From NCBI GenBank assembly GCA_950054395.1, contig CATLOZ010000002.1, positions 1 to 42,136 on the forward strand: 42,136 nucleotides of DNA, read 5' to 3'. The translations under genes were made by a program, and so were the position numbers. Each line of letters starts with the position of its first letter. The stretch's first letter is position 1. The notes beneath the pieces were generated by a model. That model did not search any database, was not told the DNA's origin, and saw only the letters and a list, made by a program, of their open reading frames with translations. The stretch comes from an uncultured Chloroflexota bacterium. GTDB taxonomy: Bacteria; Chloroflexota; Dehalococcoidia; Lucifugimonadales; GCA-002694895. Positions 29,980 through 39,140 of the stretch are shown here, piece after piece.

Positions 29980-30795
29980 TTATGTCCATTTATATGCTTT
30001 TGATTTAATAAGAAAATCATCTACTATTGATGCATTTCCTGCTATAATTCCGTCACTGTATAAGCCTGCTTTGTTCCCATTTCTATCTACTATTTTGCCA
30101 CCTGCTTCTGTGACCTGGATTATTCCTGCTATTTGATCCCATATATTTAATTTGTAGCATATAAATAAATCAGATCTTCCGCTAGCTAAATAAGAAAGAC
30201 TTAAAGCTGCAGATCCTGAAATTCTTAATCCTATGACATCAGAATGAATTTTTTTGATAAACTCAATTGTTTTTTGACTCCCCATTCCAGAACCAGGTAT
30301 TTCTACAGATAAAAAAGAATTATTGAATTTATTTTTATTTGAAACTTTAAATCTTTTATTATTCAGATAAAAACCTTGATCTTTTATTGCATGGAATATT
30401 TCTTTTCTATTAGTATCATATGTAAATCCGGCTAGTATTTTATCACCATATGTTAATCCCAATACAATACAGTAATGGGGATGCCCATAAAAGAAATTTT
30501 TTGTACCATCAATTGGATCTATAACCCAATTATAATCATCATTTAACAATTCACCTCCATTTTCCTCGCCGATAATGTTGTGATGGTTAAAATTTTTAAT
30601 AATTTGATCGGATATAAAATTTTCAATTTCTATGTCAATTTTAGTTACTATATCTTTTTTTGCTTTGAATATTGGTTTCAGTTCGAAATTTTTAGATTTA
30701 TTTAAAATATTTCCTGCTGATAATAAAATATTAATTATTTGATCATTAAACGGTGTCCCGTTTTTAGTGTTTGGAAGAGAAAGATTGTTATTCAT
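29980..30795 (-). CDS. Inositol monophosphatase family protein (SuhB/HisN-like)
   Basis: Matches are IIGEENG, WVIDPIDGTKNF, and the WDQIAG-type C-terminal motif (NIWDQIAGI). Confidence 0.85.
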   Translation of the reverse strand: MNNNLSLPNTKNGTPFNDQIINILLSAGNILNKSKNFELKPIFKAKKDIVTKIDIEIENFISDQIIKNFNHHNIIGEENGGELLNDDYNWVIDPIDGTKNFFYGHPHYCIVLGLTYGDKILAGFTYDTNRKEIFHAIKDQGFYLNNKRFKVSNKNKFNNSFLSVEIPGSGMGSQKTIEFIKKIHSDVIGLRISGSAALSLSYLASGRSDLFICYKLNIWDQIAGIIQVTEAGGKIVDRNGNKAGLYSDGIIAGNASIVDDFLIKSKAYKWT

Positions 30796-31174
30796 TTATT
30801 TTGGCTTCTATTAATTCAAATTCTACTTGATTATTATTTATTAAATCTCTGATGTGTCTTTGTTTTGTAGATAATTTACTAGTATTAGTTTTAAATTCGA
30901 CTAAAATTATCTTATCATTATTAAATTGGATTCCATCAATTGGATTACCTAAAAATTTAAAATCTTTTGAATTGTAAGGGTAGCTTTGCTCAAGAGGGAA
31001 AAACTCTTCACTTATCTGACCATATTTGGTGCTTAGACTGATTTTATCTGATTTTATTTTGGCAAGGTTTTTTTGAAGTGTAGACATTTTATTTTTGTAA
31101 TATGATTGTGATAAAAGTAAAATAAGTAAAATTAATAATATAATTATTGATAGAATTATATTTAAATCAAGCAT
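30788..31174 (-). CDS. Membrane-anchored endonuclease related to archaeal Holliday-junction resolvases (COG4741-like)
   Basis: An N-terminal TM segment (IILSIIILLILLILLLS) is followed by a short coiled segment. The core is GQISEEFFPL...FKFLGNPIDGIQFNNDKIILVEFKTNTSKLSTKQRHIRDLI. The family assignment is from memory. Confidence 0.5.
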   Translation of the reverse strand: MLDLNIILSIIILLILLILLLSQSYYKNKMSTLQKNLAKIKSDKISLSTKYGQISEEFFPLEQSYPYNSKDFKFLGNPIDGIQFNNDKIILVEFKTNTSKLSTKQRHIRDLINNNQVEFELIEAKINE

Positions 31175-31185
31175 AAAGATCTCTC

Positions 31186-32787
31186 TTAAAATAAATTTTT
31201 TAAGTATTCATTTAATTTAGCTATATGTATAATATCAAAATTGAGCCCATGTTTTTTAAAAATTTTAATTTCAATTTGTAATTGAACATCTATTATATCT
31301 CTTAACCCATTTGAATCAGAATTTACTTCCCATCCTGCATCTTTTGGTGTTGTGTAAACTAAAATATGATACACATTTTGAATATTTTTTTTGTGTAATT
31401 CCCCTGTAGTATGTAGATAAGCAGGTGCAAAATCAATAAAGTATGGAATTTGCTGTTTATGCATCATTTTTTTGATTATTTCTTCTTCTATACTAATTCC
31501 TTCTTGGAATTTATTAAATTTTTTTTTCTTATTGTTATTTTCACTAAATATTAAAAATGATATATATTTCAAATTTTTTATATTTGGAGGGGTAGGTAGT
31601 TGAAATTCATTTAATGAGGGTAATAATATACTGTGTTTTCCATACTCATTTTTGGATAATTCGACATTAGGTTGTGTGAATGGATTAAACTCTAACCCTT
31701 TTTGAGGTTCTATAAATGATAAAGTGGTGATTATCAATTGTATTGCGTATATAAAAACCCCTAAATTTTCTTCATCAATATTATTTAATATTATTGATTG
31801 AATTAGTTTTTTATTATTTATTTTCTCTAAAGAGTATTTATTGTTTTTAAAAAAAACATTCACTATATCTTCCCTGTTTTTTAACTTTTTCAAATCTGAG
31901 TTAAGAGGAATTAAGTATCTATTGTTTTTTGCCAATGATTCTGAAATCATTTGTTGTATCCATAATAATTTGGGATCTTTTTCATTTGATGAAAGTAAAT
32001 TCACAATATTGATTTTACAATCTAACATTTTTGATAAGTAATTAGTTAAATTAATTAAAGAAGGAGTATTTTTTTTGATAATTGAATTTTTAAATTCTAT
32101 AACTGATTCGAGCATTTTTTTAATGTTAATGCCAGAAATTGCAGCTGGTATTAGTCCGGTATAAGTAAAAGCTGAAAATCTTCCCGGTATATACGGAGGA
32201 TTACAGAATATTTCTAGAAAATTATTAGATTTTGCAAAATTATATAAATCAGAACCATAATCAGTTATAGCTATAAAATTATTTGAAATATCAGGGATAT
32301 TAATTAAATTTTGCATTATTGTTTTTGTTTCTATTGATTTCCCACTTTTTGAAACAAAAAAAATAAGAGTTTTATTGTAATTATTAATTACATCTTTCAA
32401 ATTACGATCCTGTGTACCATCTATGAAATAAAATTTAGGTTTAAATATCTGTTTATTATCATGAAATCCCTCGTTTACTTTTTCTTTATTTATCCATTTT
32501 TCGTTTAGTAATAACTCGGGCAAAATTGCACTAGCACCCATACCTATAAAAATAAATTGATCATAAGATTTTGACTTATTTACAAAATCATTAATTCCTT
32601 CTATTTGTTTTATCATAAATTCCGGTGAATCTATCCACCCAAGAAAATTTTGCAATTCTAAATGATAGGGCATTCTTTTTGGAGGATTTAATAATTCGTA
32701 AATAAAATTTTGGATTTCTTTATATTTATTGTGTTTTGAATTATCTAATTGTTTCTTTAAATGTTCTGATATTTTGTAATTTATCAT
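31186..32787 (-). CDS. pgi: Glucose-6-phosphate isomerase (SIS-domain PGI family)
   Basis: Matches are FIFIGMGASA, the IFFVSKSGKSIETK (SKSGxTxET) motif, and PGRFSAFTYTGLIPAA. Confidence 0.65.
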   Translation of the reverse strand: MINYKISEHLKKQLDNSKHNKYKEIQNFIYELLNPPKRMPYHLELQNFLGWIDSPEFMIKQIEGINDFVNKSKSYDQFIFIGMGASAILPELLLNEKWINKEKVNEGFHDNKQIFKPKFYFIDGTQDRNLKDVINNYNKTLIFFVSKSGKSIETKTIMQNLINIPDISNNFIAITDYGSDLYNFAKSNNFLEIFCNPPYIPGRFSAFTYTGLIPAAISGINIKKMLESVIEFKNSIIKKNTPSLINLTNYLSKMLDCKINIVNLLSSNEKDPKLLWIQQMISESLAKNNRYLIPLNSDLKKLKNREDIVNVFFKNNKYSLEKINNKKLIQSIILNNIDEENLGVFIYAIQLIITTLSFIEPQKGLEFNPFTQPNVELSKNEYGKHSILLPSLNEFQLPTPPNIKNLKYISFLIFSENNNKKKKFNKFQEGISIEEEIIKKMMHKQQIPYFIDFAPAYLHTTGELHKKNIQNVYHILVYTTPKDAGWEVNSDSNGLRDIIDVQLQIEIKIFKKHGLNFDIIHIAKLNEYLKNLF

Positions 32788-33971
32788 TAAAAGTGTTTAA
32801 TTATTTTCTTTGATTTAGGATACATGATAATTATTAATAAACTAGCAAGAATTAATGGAATAGAAAGTATTTTAAAATAAGTTATTGTGTTGTAGTTATT
32901 AACAATAATTCCTGCTAAGCTTCCAGAAAAAGATCCTACTATTTGTCCTGATCCATACATTAAAGCAAATGAAGTTCCCTGCATTCTTTTAGGAATAGTG
33001 TTACCTAGCCAATTTCCTAAAGATGGGTCGCTAAATGACATTAGAAATGAAATCAAAGAAAATATAATTATTAAGTAATTAAGATGGTTGAAAACTATAA
33101 TAAATAACAAGCCTGAAATTAAACAGGAAATTATTAAAATATATTTCCTGTTCTTATTTGAGTCTAAATTCCCTCCAATAAAAGATCCGAAACCTCCCAT
33201 TATGATTATTAGTGAAGAGATTATTGAAGTATGAAAATTTATGTCAATTATATTCTGCCATTGATTCATAATAGATGTATTAATAAATGCAGCTAGCATA
33301 AGCAGTAAGCCAGAAATACTAAAATCTTTTAATGATGCAAATAAGTATATTGGATAAGATTTTTTTATATTTATATATAAGTTGTATTCTTTACTGTTTT
33401 TAGTTGTAGGTTTTGTATAAGTTAAATTTCTTACTTCTTTATCAAAATAAATAAATATTATAGGTAGAGTTAAGAACCCATAAAGTAAATATGCGATTTG
33501 CCAGGAATATGTGCTTGAAATATTAATAAAAAACCAAGGAGCTAGAGAAATTCCTATTGCTCCTCCGAGACCATGATAACCAAATGATTTACCAGGGTTG
33601 ACAGTAAATTTTGTTATTGCACTCAATCCTACAGGATGATAGATCCCAGATCCGATCGCTAAAATAATTATGCCTATAGTAAATATATTTGTATTATTCG
33701 AGATTGATAATATCAAACATCCAAGTGTTGATAAAGTGGCAAATAGAATTATCCAATATAAAAAGTTTGATTTATCACTTAATATTCCTGCGAAAACACC
33801 AGATATGCCTCTTAAAATACTTGATAAGTTATAGATAAATCCCATAGTTAGGATATTAATATCAAGATTGTCTGATACAAAATATAAAGTTAATCCAAAA
33901 ATAATATGGGCAGAATCGCTTAATGCATGTGCATAAGATAAGTATAAATTTAATCTATATTCTTTATTCAT
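32787..33971 (-). CDS. MFS transporter
   Basis: About 12 TM segments are predicted by eye. It is 394 aa with a central loop (KEVRNLTYTKPTTKNSKE). Its stop shares 1 nt with the pgi start. Confidence 0.7.
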   Translation of the reverse strand: MNKEYRLNLYLSYAHALSDSAHIIFGLTLYFVSDNLDINILTMGFIYNLSSILRGISGVFAGILSDKSNFLYWIILFATLSTLGCLILSISNNTNIFTIGIIILAIGSGIYHPVGLSAITKFTVNPGKSFGYHGLGGAIGISLAPWFFINISSTYSWQIAYLLYGFLTLPIIFIYFDKEVRNLTYTKPTTKNSKEYNLYINIKKSYPIYLFASLKDFSISGLLLMLAAFINTSIMNQWQNIIDINFHTSIISSLIIIMGGFGSFIGGNLDSNKNRKYILIISCLISGLLFIIVFNHLNYLIIIFSLISFLMSFSDPSLGNWLGNTIPKRMQGTSFALMYGSGQIVGSFSGSLAGIIVNNYNTITYFKILSIPLILASLLIIIMYPKSKKIIKHF

Positions 33972-34126
33972 ATAATTATTATTTATTTGTGAATATTATC
34001 ATCCTATATTGACTAATGATATCTTTAATGAGAAACTATTTTACTGTAAAAATTAGAATTCTTATAATTTACTATGTTAAATATAGATTTACCTTCATAT
34101 GCTCTCTTATATTAATAGGATAAATT

Positions 34127-34888
34127 GTGCCTAACCCAACAACTCATTTATTATTACTGTATGATCAACTGTTAAAGCCTTCTCAAAGAGATTTCAAGGA
34201 AAATTTTGAATATATTTTATTAGGAGCTGTTTCTCCTGATCTTAGAGTGATAACCAAAGCTGACAGAGAGGATTATCATTATTTTGATTTAAATTCTGGC
34301 GTAAAAGGTGATGGGATTAAAGGGTTTATAAAAAATACCATTGACTTTAATAATTTGATGAAAAAAGATAGAAATACAAATAATTTTATCAGAGGATATT
34401 TTTCTCATCTTATTGCAGATGAAAATTGGACAATAGATGTATTTAGACAAATATTTATGAATAAAAATATATTCCCTGATTTTTCTGAAGCTTTACTTTT
34501 CGATAGAGCCTTGCAAATATATTTAGATATAAAAATTAACAGGCATAATTTTAATTTATATCAATATTTAAATCATGTTGATATAAATTTAATTTCCTTA
34601 CCGCATAATATAGGGAAACCAGAAATGAATGAATGGATTAAATTTTTATCTGAGATAAATTCTAAGTATGGAGAAAATCCTTGGAATCGTTTGAATTTCA
34701 TGGCACAAAGATTGTCAAGATCACATAATTCTAATAAAATATTAGAATTATGTGAATCTTTTATGGATGATATTGATAAAAATATAAATAATATCTTAGA
34801 TAGATTACCAAAAAATACCTTGGATAATTATATTACCGATACTAAGAATAATATAAATAAAATATTTCAAGAATATAAATATGATTAA
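34127..34888 (+). CDS. Hypothetical protein, possibly of the zinc-dependent phospholipase C / P1-nuclease-like family
   Basis: It uses a GTG start. The N-terminal PNPTTHLLL, GAVSPDL and GYFSHLIADENW resemble the His/Asp ligand pattern of PF00882-like proteins. The match is weak and from memory. Confidence 0.35.
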   Translation: MPNPTTHLLLLYDQLLKPSQRDFKENFEYILLGAVSPDLRVITKADREDYHYFDLNSGVKGDGIKGFIKNTIDFNNLMKKDRNTNNFIRGYFSHLIADENWTIDVFRQIFMNKNIFPDFSEALLFDRALQIYLDIKINRHNFNLYQYLNHVDINLISLPHNIGKPEMNEWIKFLSEINSKYGENPWNRLNFMAQRLSRSHNSNKILELCESFMDDIDKNINNILDRLPKNTLDNYITDTKNNINKIFQEYKYD

Positions 34889-34987
34889 AGTTGTAAGAAG
34901 TCCTCAAGAAGTGAAAAATAATATCAAATATGTTCCTTATATAAATATAGCCAAATAAGAGTAAATGGATTTATCAAGATTAACTAG

Positions 34988-34993
34988 TATAAT
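34988..34993 (+). promoter_or_regulatory. Candidate -10 box upstream of hisC, embedded in a 7-bp-arm palindrome
   Basis: TATAAT lies inside ttaacta-gtataa-tagttaa (34980-34999), about 70 nt upstream of the hisC ATG. Confidence 0.3.
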
Positions 34994-35062
34994 AGTTAAT
35001 GCAGAATTGATGTAATCGCATTTAACTTCTGCGTTTGAAAGAATAAAAAACAGGTAGATTAA

Positions 35063-36157
35063 ATGAATTATTCAGATATAGAAAAATTAATGAATCCAAT
35101 AATTAAAAATTTCAAAATTTATGATGCTATGCCATCTAATGAAACTTTAATTCAGAAATATTCTATTAATTCAGAAAAAATTGTTAAATTAAATGGCAAT
35201 GAAAATCCATTTGGCCCTGCTCCTGAAGTTATAGATAATTTGATTAATATTCCTATAAGCACTTACCCTGATCCCGAATTAATTAGATCAAGGAAATCTT
35301 TATCTGAGTATACTGGTTTAAATATTGAGAATATCGTTGTTAGTTCTGGTAGTGATGAATTGATCGATCTTTTTTTCAGGATATTTGTTACTCCTGGAGA
35401 TGAAGTTTTAGATTTTACTCCTACTTTTGGGATGTATGCAGTACGTGCAGAATTGGCTGGAGCTAAAATTGTTCCTGTATCTAGAAACATTGATTTTGAA
35501 TTAGATTATGAATCTATTAAGCAAAAGGTAAGTGATAAAACCAAAATAATCTTTTTAGCTTCCCCAAATAATCCAACTGGTAATGAGAGTACCTTGGAAG
35601 ATATAGAATTTCTTTTAAGTTTAAATAAAATATTAGTGGTTGATGAAGCATATTTTGAATTTTCCAAATCATCTTATGCAAACTTAGTTGAAAAATACAA
35701 TAATATGATAGTAATACGTTCAATGAGTAAATGGGCAGGACTTGCTGGATTGAGAGTAGGTTATGGTTTGATGTCAAAAGAGCTAGCAAAATTGTTTATG
35801 GGAGTTAAAAATCCTTATAATGTCAGCACCGTAGCTGAAGAATCATTAATTGTTTCTTTAAAATATGTAGATAAATTAATGCAAAAAGTGGATGAAATAA
35901 TAGCACAGAGGGAGAAATTAAGTGATGCTTTGGATCAAATTGATCAAATTAAAGTATATCCATCTAAAGCTAATTTTTTATTGTGTAAATTAGATGACCA
36001 TGATATACAAACTATTAATAACGAATTACTAAGTGAAGGTGTATTTGTTAGGTTGTTTGCAACTAAAGGACTTGAAAAATGTTTCAGGGTATCTGTTGGC
36101 TCTGCTGAAGATAATGAATATTTTTATACAAAATTGCAAAAAATTTTAAAAATTTAA
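35063..36157 (+). CDS. hisC: Histidinol-phosphate aminotransferase
   Basis: It carries LNGNENPFGP, SPNNPTGN, and the PLP Lys context IRSMSKWAGLAGLRVGY. Confidence 0.85.
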   Translation: MNYSDIEKLMNPIIKNFKIYDAMPSNETLIQKYSINSEKIVKLNGNENPFGPAPEVIDNLINIPISTYPDPELIRSRKSLSEYTGLNIENIVVSSGSDELIDLFFRIFVTPGDEVLDFTPTFGMYAVRAELAGAKIVPVSRNIDFELDYESIKQKVSDKTKIIFLASPNNPTGNESTLEDIEFLLSLNKILVVDEAYFEFSKSSYANLVEKYNNMIVIRSMSKWAGLAGLRVGYGLMSKELAKLFMGVKNPYNVSTVAEESLIVSLKYVDKLMQKVDEIIAQREKLSDALDQIDQIKVYPSKANFLLCKLDDHDIQTINNELLSEGVFVRLFATKGLEKCFRVSVGSAEDNEYFYTKLQKILKI

Positions 36158-36307
36158 TAATATATTAAATTTCTATCAATTGAAAAAAGAGAACATAAGA
36201 AACAATAAAGATATTAACGAAACTGTTATTGATGTGGATTTATATTCTTAAGGCTATTATTAAAAAAAGTCTTATCAATTGATCCTTGAAAGATTTCTTT
36301 TTCTTTA

Positions 36308-37348
36308 TTAATCGGACTGCAAATCAGCTAATAATTCATTTGAATATGTAAATAAATTAGGTGTTCCACCGCTATGAATGAAAACAACACTACTATCTTT
36401 ATCAATTTTATTAGAATAAGCATATTCAATTAATCCAGACATTGCTTTTCCAGTATAGATTGGATCAAGAAAAATAGCTTCCTTTTCCGCTACAAGTTTA
36501 ATTGCATCAATACATTTTTTTGTTGGAATTCCATAGCCTTGCCCATAAAAAGATAAATCCCAATTTAAATCTTTGTAATCCAGGAAATCACATTTTAATT
36601 TATTATTAGATTTTCTATTTAAATAATTTAAAGCTTTATTAGTTATTTCCCTTATGTTCCTCATCCTTGGTTGTAGCCTTGGCCCAATACCAGTTATTTT
36701 CCAATGTGTGAAATTAAGAATTTTTTTTGCTAATGCTAATCCAAGATATGATGAACCTGAAGCTTGAAAGATATGAATTTTTTTCAAACCTAATTTTTGA
36801 AATTGGTTATTTAATTCCAAAGCTGTATTTAGGTAAGATATTATAGCAGCCACCTCGTTATATTGTTCGGCAACTGTAATATACGGTTTATAACCCAGTC
36901 TTTTTAGTTTGTTGCCATAAGCGATTGCTTCCTGATGTAGGATTTGTTCATTTGTTGTATCTGAGTAAATAATTTTTATATTCATAAGATGATTTAGTAA
37001 GTGATTTCCTTGCATCTCAGTTTTTAATTCTTTACTCATAATATTCACAAGTTTTATATTATTTATATTAGCAGCAGCAGCCCATAATCTAGCGTTATTT
37101 GAAACTCCCATATTAGCATTTACAATAATGTCAAAATTATGTTTTTTTATATATCCGAATCTAAATTCTAAATGACGTACTTTATTCCCTCCAAATGCCA
37201 ACCCTGTTAGATCTTCTCTTTTGATAAATAGTTTTTTTATATTTAAAGCTTTAGAAAGGGTAGGGCATTCGTGTAGCGGAGTAGGTAAATTAGCGAATTT
37301 TATTCTGTTAATTTTAGATATTTGTTTATCTAATTCTTTAGTTAACAT
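36308..37348 (-). CDS. PLP-dependent ACC deaminase / D-cysteine desulfhydrase family protein
   Basis: It carries TGLAFGGNKVRHLEF (PLP Lys motif GGNKxRxLE) and the C-terminal FIHSGG. Confidence 0.75.
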   Translation of the reverse strand: MLTKELDKQISKINRIKFANLPTPLHECPTLSKALNIKKLFIKREDLTGLAFGGNKVRHLEFRFGYIKKHNFDIIVNANMGVSNNARLWAAAANINNIKLVNIMSKELKTEMQGNHLLNHLMNIKIIYSDTTNEQILHQEAIAYGNKLKRLGYKPYITVAEQYNEVAAIISYLNTALELNNQFQKLGLKKIHIFQASGSSYLGLALAKKILNFTHWKITGIGPRLQPRMRNIREITNKALNYLNRKSNNKLKCDFLDYKDLNWDLSFYGQGYGIPTKKCIDAIKLVAEKEAIFLDPIYTGKAMSGLIEYAYSNKIDKDSSVVFIHSGGTPNLFTYSNELLADLQSD

Positions 37349-37352
37349 TAAT

Positions 37353-37607
37353 TTATATGCTTTTAATTTTTATTGTATATTCTTCTATCAGCGGATTAGC
37401 TAATAATTGTTCACAAGCTTCATTAACCTTTGATTCACATTCTTTTTCGTTTTCTGCATTAATGGATAATTCTATATATTTTCCAACAGATACATTTTCA
37501 ACCTGATAATAACCAAGATTTTTTAGTCCATTTAATACTTGTGTACCTCTTGGATCATTCACAGCTTTCTTAGGGGTAATTTGAATTTTTACTGAAAATT
37601 TCTGCAT
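37353..37607 (-). CDS. purS: Phosphoribosylformylglycinamidine synthase subunit PurS
   Basis: This 84-aa protein has VKIQITPKKAVNDPRGTQVLNGLKNLGY...V.VGKYIEL, which fits PurS. Confidence 0.85.
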   Translation of the reverse strand: MQKFSVKIQITPKKAVNDPRGTQVLNGLKNLGYYQVENVSVGKYIELSINAENEKECESKVNEACEQLLANPLIEEYTIKIKSI

Positions 37608-37610
37608 AGT

Positions 37611-38249
37611 TTAATCTAAATGACCTTTTTTGGCATAAAATGGTGACAATGTCGGATTATTTAAAAATACATCAATAAATTTAAAAATTCTTTCTCTATC
37701 AAATTCATTCAATCTATCAATATAATTCCATGCTGTTAGTGAAATTAAATTATCCATATCGTTGTAAGGAGCAATTGTTATTTCACTCAAATTTGAACCT
37801 AATAAGGTTACTTTGAGTTGTTCTATAATTTCTTTGGGAGCTCCTTGTTTATAATGAATCATTATTCCCCCTCTAGCAAGATTACTTAATGTACATTCGT
37901 CAGGAAAAATATCATCATGATACCCCCAACGTACTGGACAGCCCCATTTTTCATCTAAAAAAGGTCCGGATGTAGCAGGATTACTTGTGTAGGGGTCATG
38001 AGGTACATCAATGTTCGGTAAAATTCCCCATCCCATATTACTTACATATTCCCAATCTCCTTCTGGGATATCATTATTCCAAAATTTGAAAGGCAACCCG
38101 GGAAGGACTAATCCTAAAATAAATAACAGGCTTATTGCACCAATACTTGAAAAAGCTAAAATTCTTTTAAATTTTTTTGTTTTTTGCTTTTTTTCTCTAT
38201 TTATTCTTTTTTGGATATTCTTTTTATATTTTTTTTTATTTTTATTCAA
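37611..38249 (-). CDS. DUF3105-domain membrane-anchored protein
   Basis: A Lys-rich N-terminus and one TM segment are followed by YTSNPATSGPF, ARGGIMIHY and ISLTAWNY. These match the remembered DUF3105 pattern (Y..PP.SG.H / LEHG.V..Y / ..AW). Confidence 0.6.
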   Translation of the reverse strand: MNKNKKKYKKNIQKRINREKKQKTKKFKRILAFSSIGAISLLFILGLVLPGLPFKFWNNDIPEGDWEYVSNMGWGILPNIDVPHDPYTSNPATSGPFLDEKWGCPVRWGYHDDIFPDECTLSNLARGGIMIHYKQGAPKEIIEQLKVTLLGSNLSEITIAPYNDMDNLISLTAWNYIDRLNEFDRERIFKFIDVFLNNPTLSPFYAKKGHLD

Positions 38250-38261
38250 TTATAATTTCCA

Positions 38262-39137
38262 TTAATTCGTTAAAGTTTCTAAAGCTTCTTTGTATCGTAT
38301 ATATGTTTTATTAATTATTTCTTTTGGAAGGTTAGGAGACGGGGGTTCTTTGTTCCAATCCGTTGATTCAAGCCAATCTCTTACAATTTGTTTATCATAA
38401 CTATCCTGTGATTTGCCAGGAGTATAATTATCAACATCCCAAAATCTACTTGAATCAGGAGTGAGTGCCTCATCAATTAATGTTATTTCATTATTAATAA
38501 ATCCAAATTCAAATTTAGTATCTGCAATAATAATATTTTTTGTAAGTGCATAATCACTAGCCATATTATATAAATTTAAAGATATTTCCTTTAGTTTTCC
38601 AGATAAATCAGTTCCTACAAAATCACACATTTGTTTAAAAGTAATATTTTCATCATGTCCATTTTCCTCTTTTGTAGATGGTGTAAATATTGGTTCGTCA
38701 AGTTTTGAGCTTTCAACTAAATCTGATGGAAGTTTTATTCCACAAACCATTTGATTGGTTTGGTACTCTTTCCAACCGCTACCTGCAAGATAACCTCTAA
38801 CAACGCATTCAATATCTATCCTATTTGCTTTATTTACTATAATCCCACGGGATAATTCATCTTTAGATATACCTTTGATATCATTGTTTGTAGGTATATT
38901 TGCAAAATGGTTTTGAACTACATCAGAAAGCTTTGAAAACCAGAACTTAGACATTTCAGTTAAAATAATTCCTTTCCCTGGGATAGGATCATTTAATACG
39001 ACATCAAAAGCTGAAATTCTGTCAGTTGATATCATTAATAATTGAGTATTGTTTATTTCATATGTATCTCTGACTTTCCCTCTATGCCAAATTTTCCCTA
39101 GATTTGTTTCAGTAATTGGGTTTATTATATTACTCAA
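38262..39137 (-). CDS. purC: Phosphoribosylaminoimidazole-succinocarboxamide synthase (long form)
   Basis: Matches are GKVRDTYE, ISTDRISAFD, the IADTKFEFG segment, and PDSSRFW. Confidence 0.95.
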   Translation of the reverse strand: MSNIINPITETNLGKIWHRGKVRDTYEINNTQLLMISTDRISAFDVVLNDPIPGKGIILTEMSKFWFSKLSDVVQNHFANIPTNNDIKGISKDELSRGIIVNKANRIDIECVVRGYLAGSGWKEYQTNQMVCGIKLPSDLVESSKLDEPIFTPSTKEENGHDENITFKQMCDFVGTDLSGKLKEISLNLYNMASDYALTKNIIIADTKFEFGFINNEITLIDEALTPDSSRFWDVDNYTPGKSQDSYDKQIVRDWLESTDWNKEPPSPNLPKEIINKTYIRYKEALETLTN

Positions 39138-39140
39138 TTT

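Noticed and set aside
34889-35062. T-box riboswitch or histidine attenuator leader upstream of hisC
   Set aside because: The spacer is far shorter than a T-box. The only small ORF (MDLSRLTSIIVNAELM) has no His codons. No specifier or antiterminator architecture is visible.
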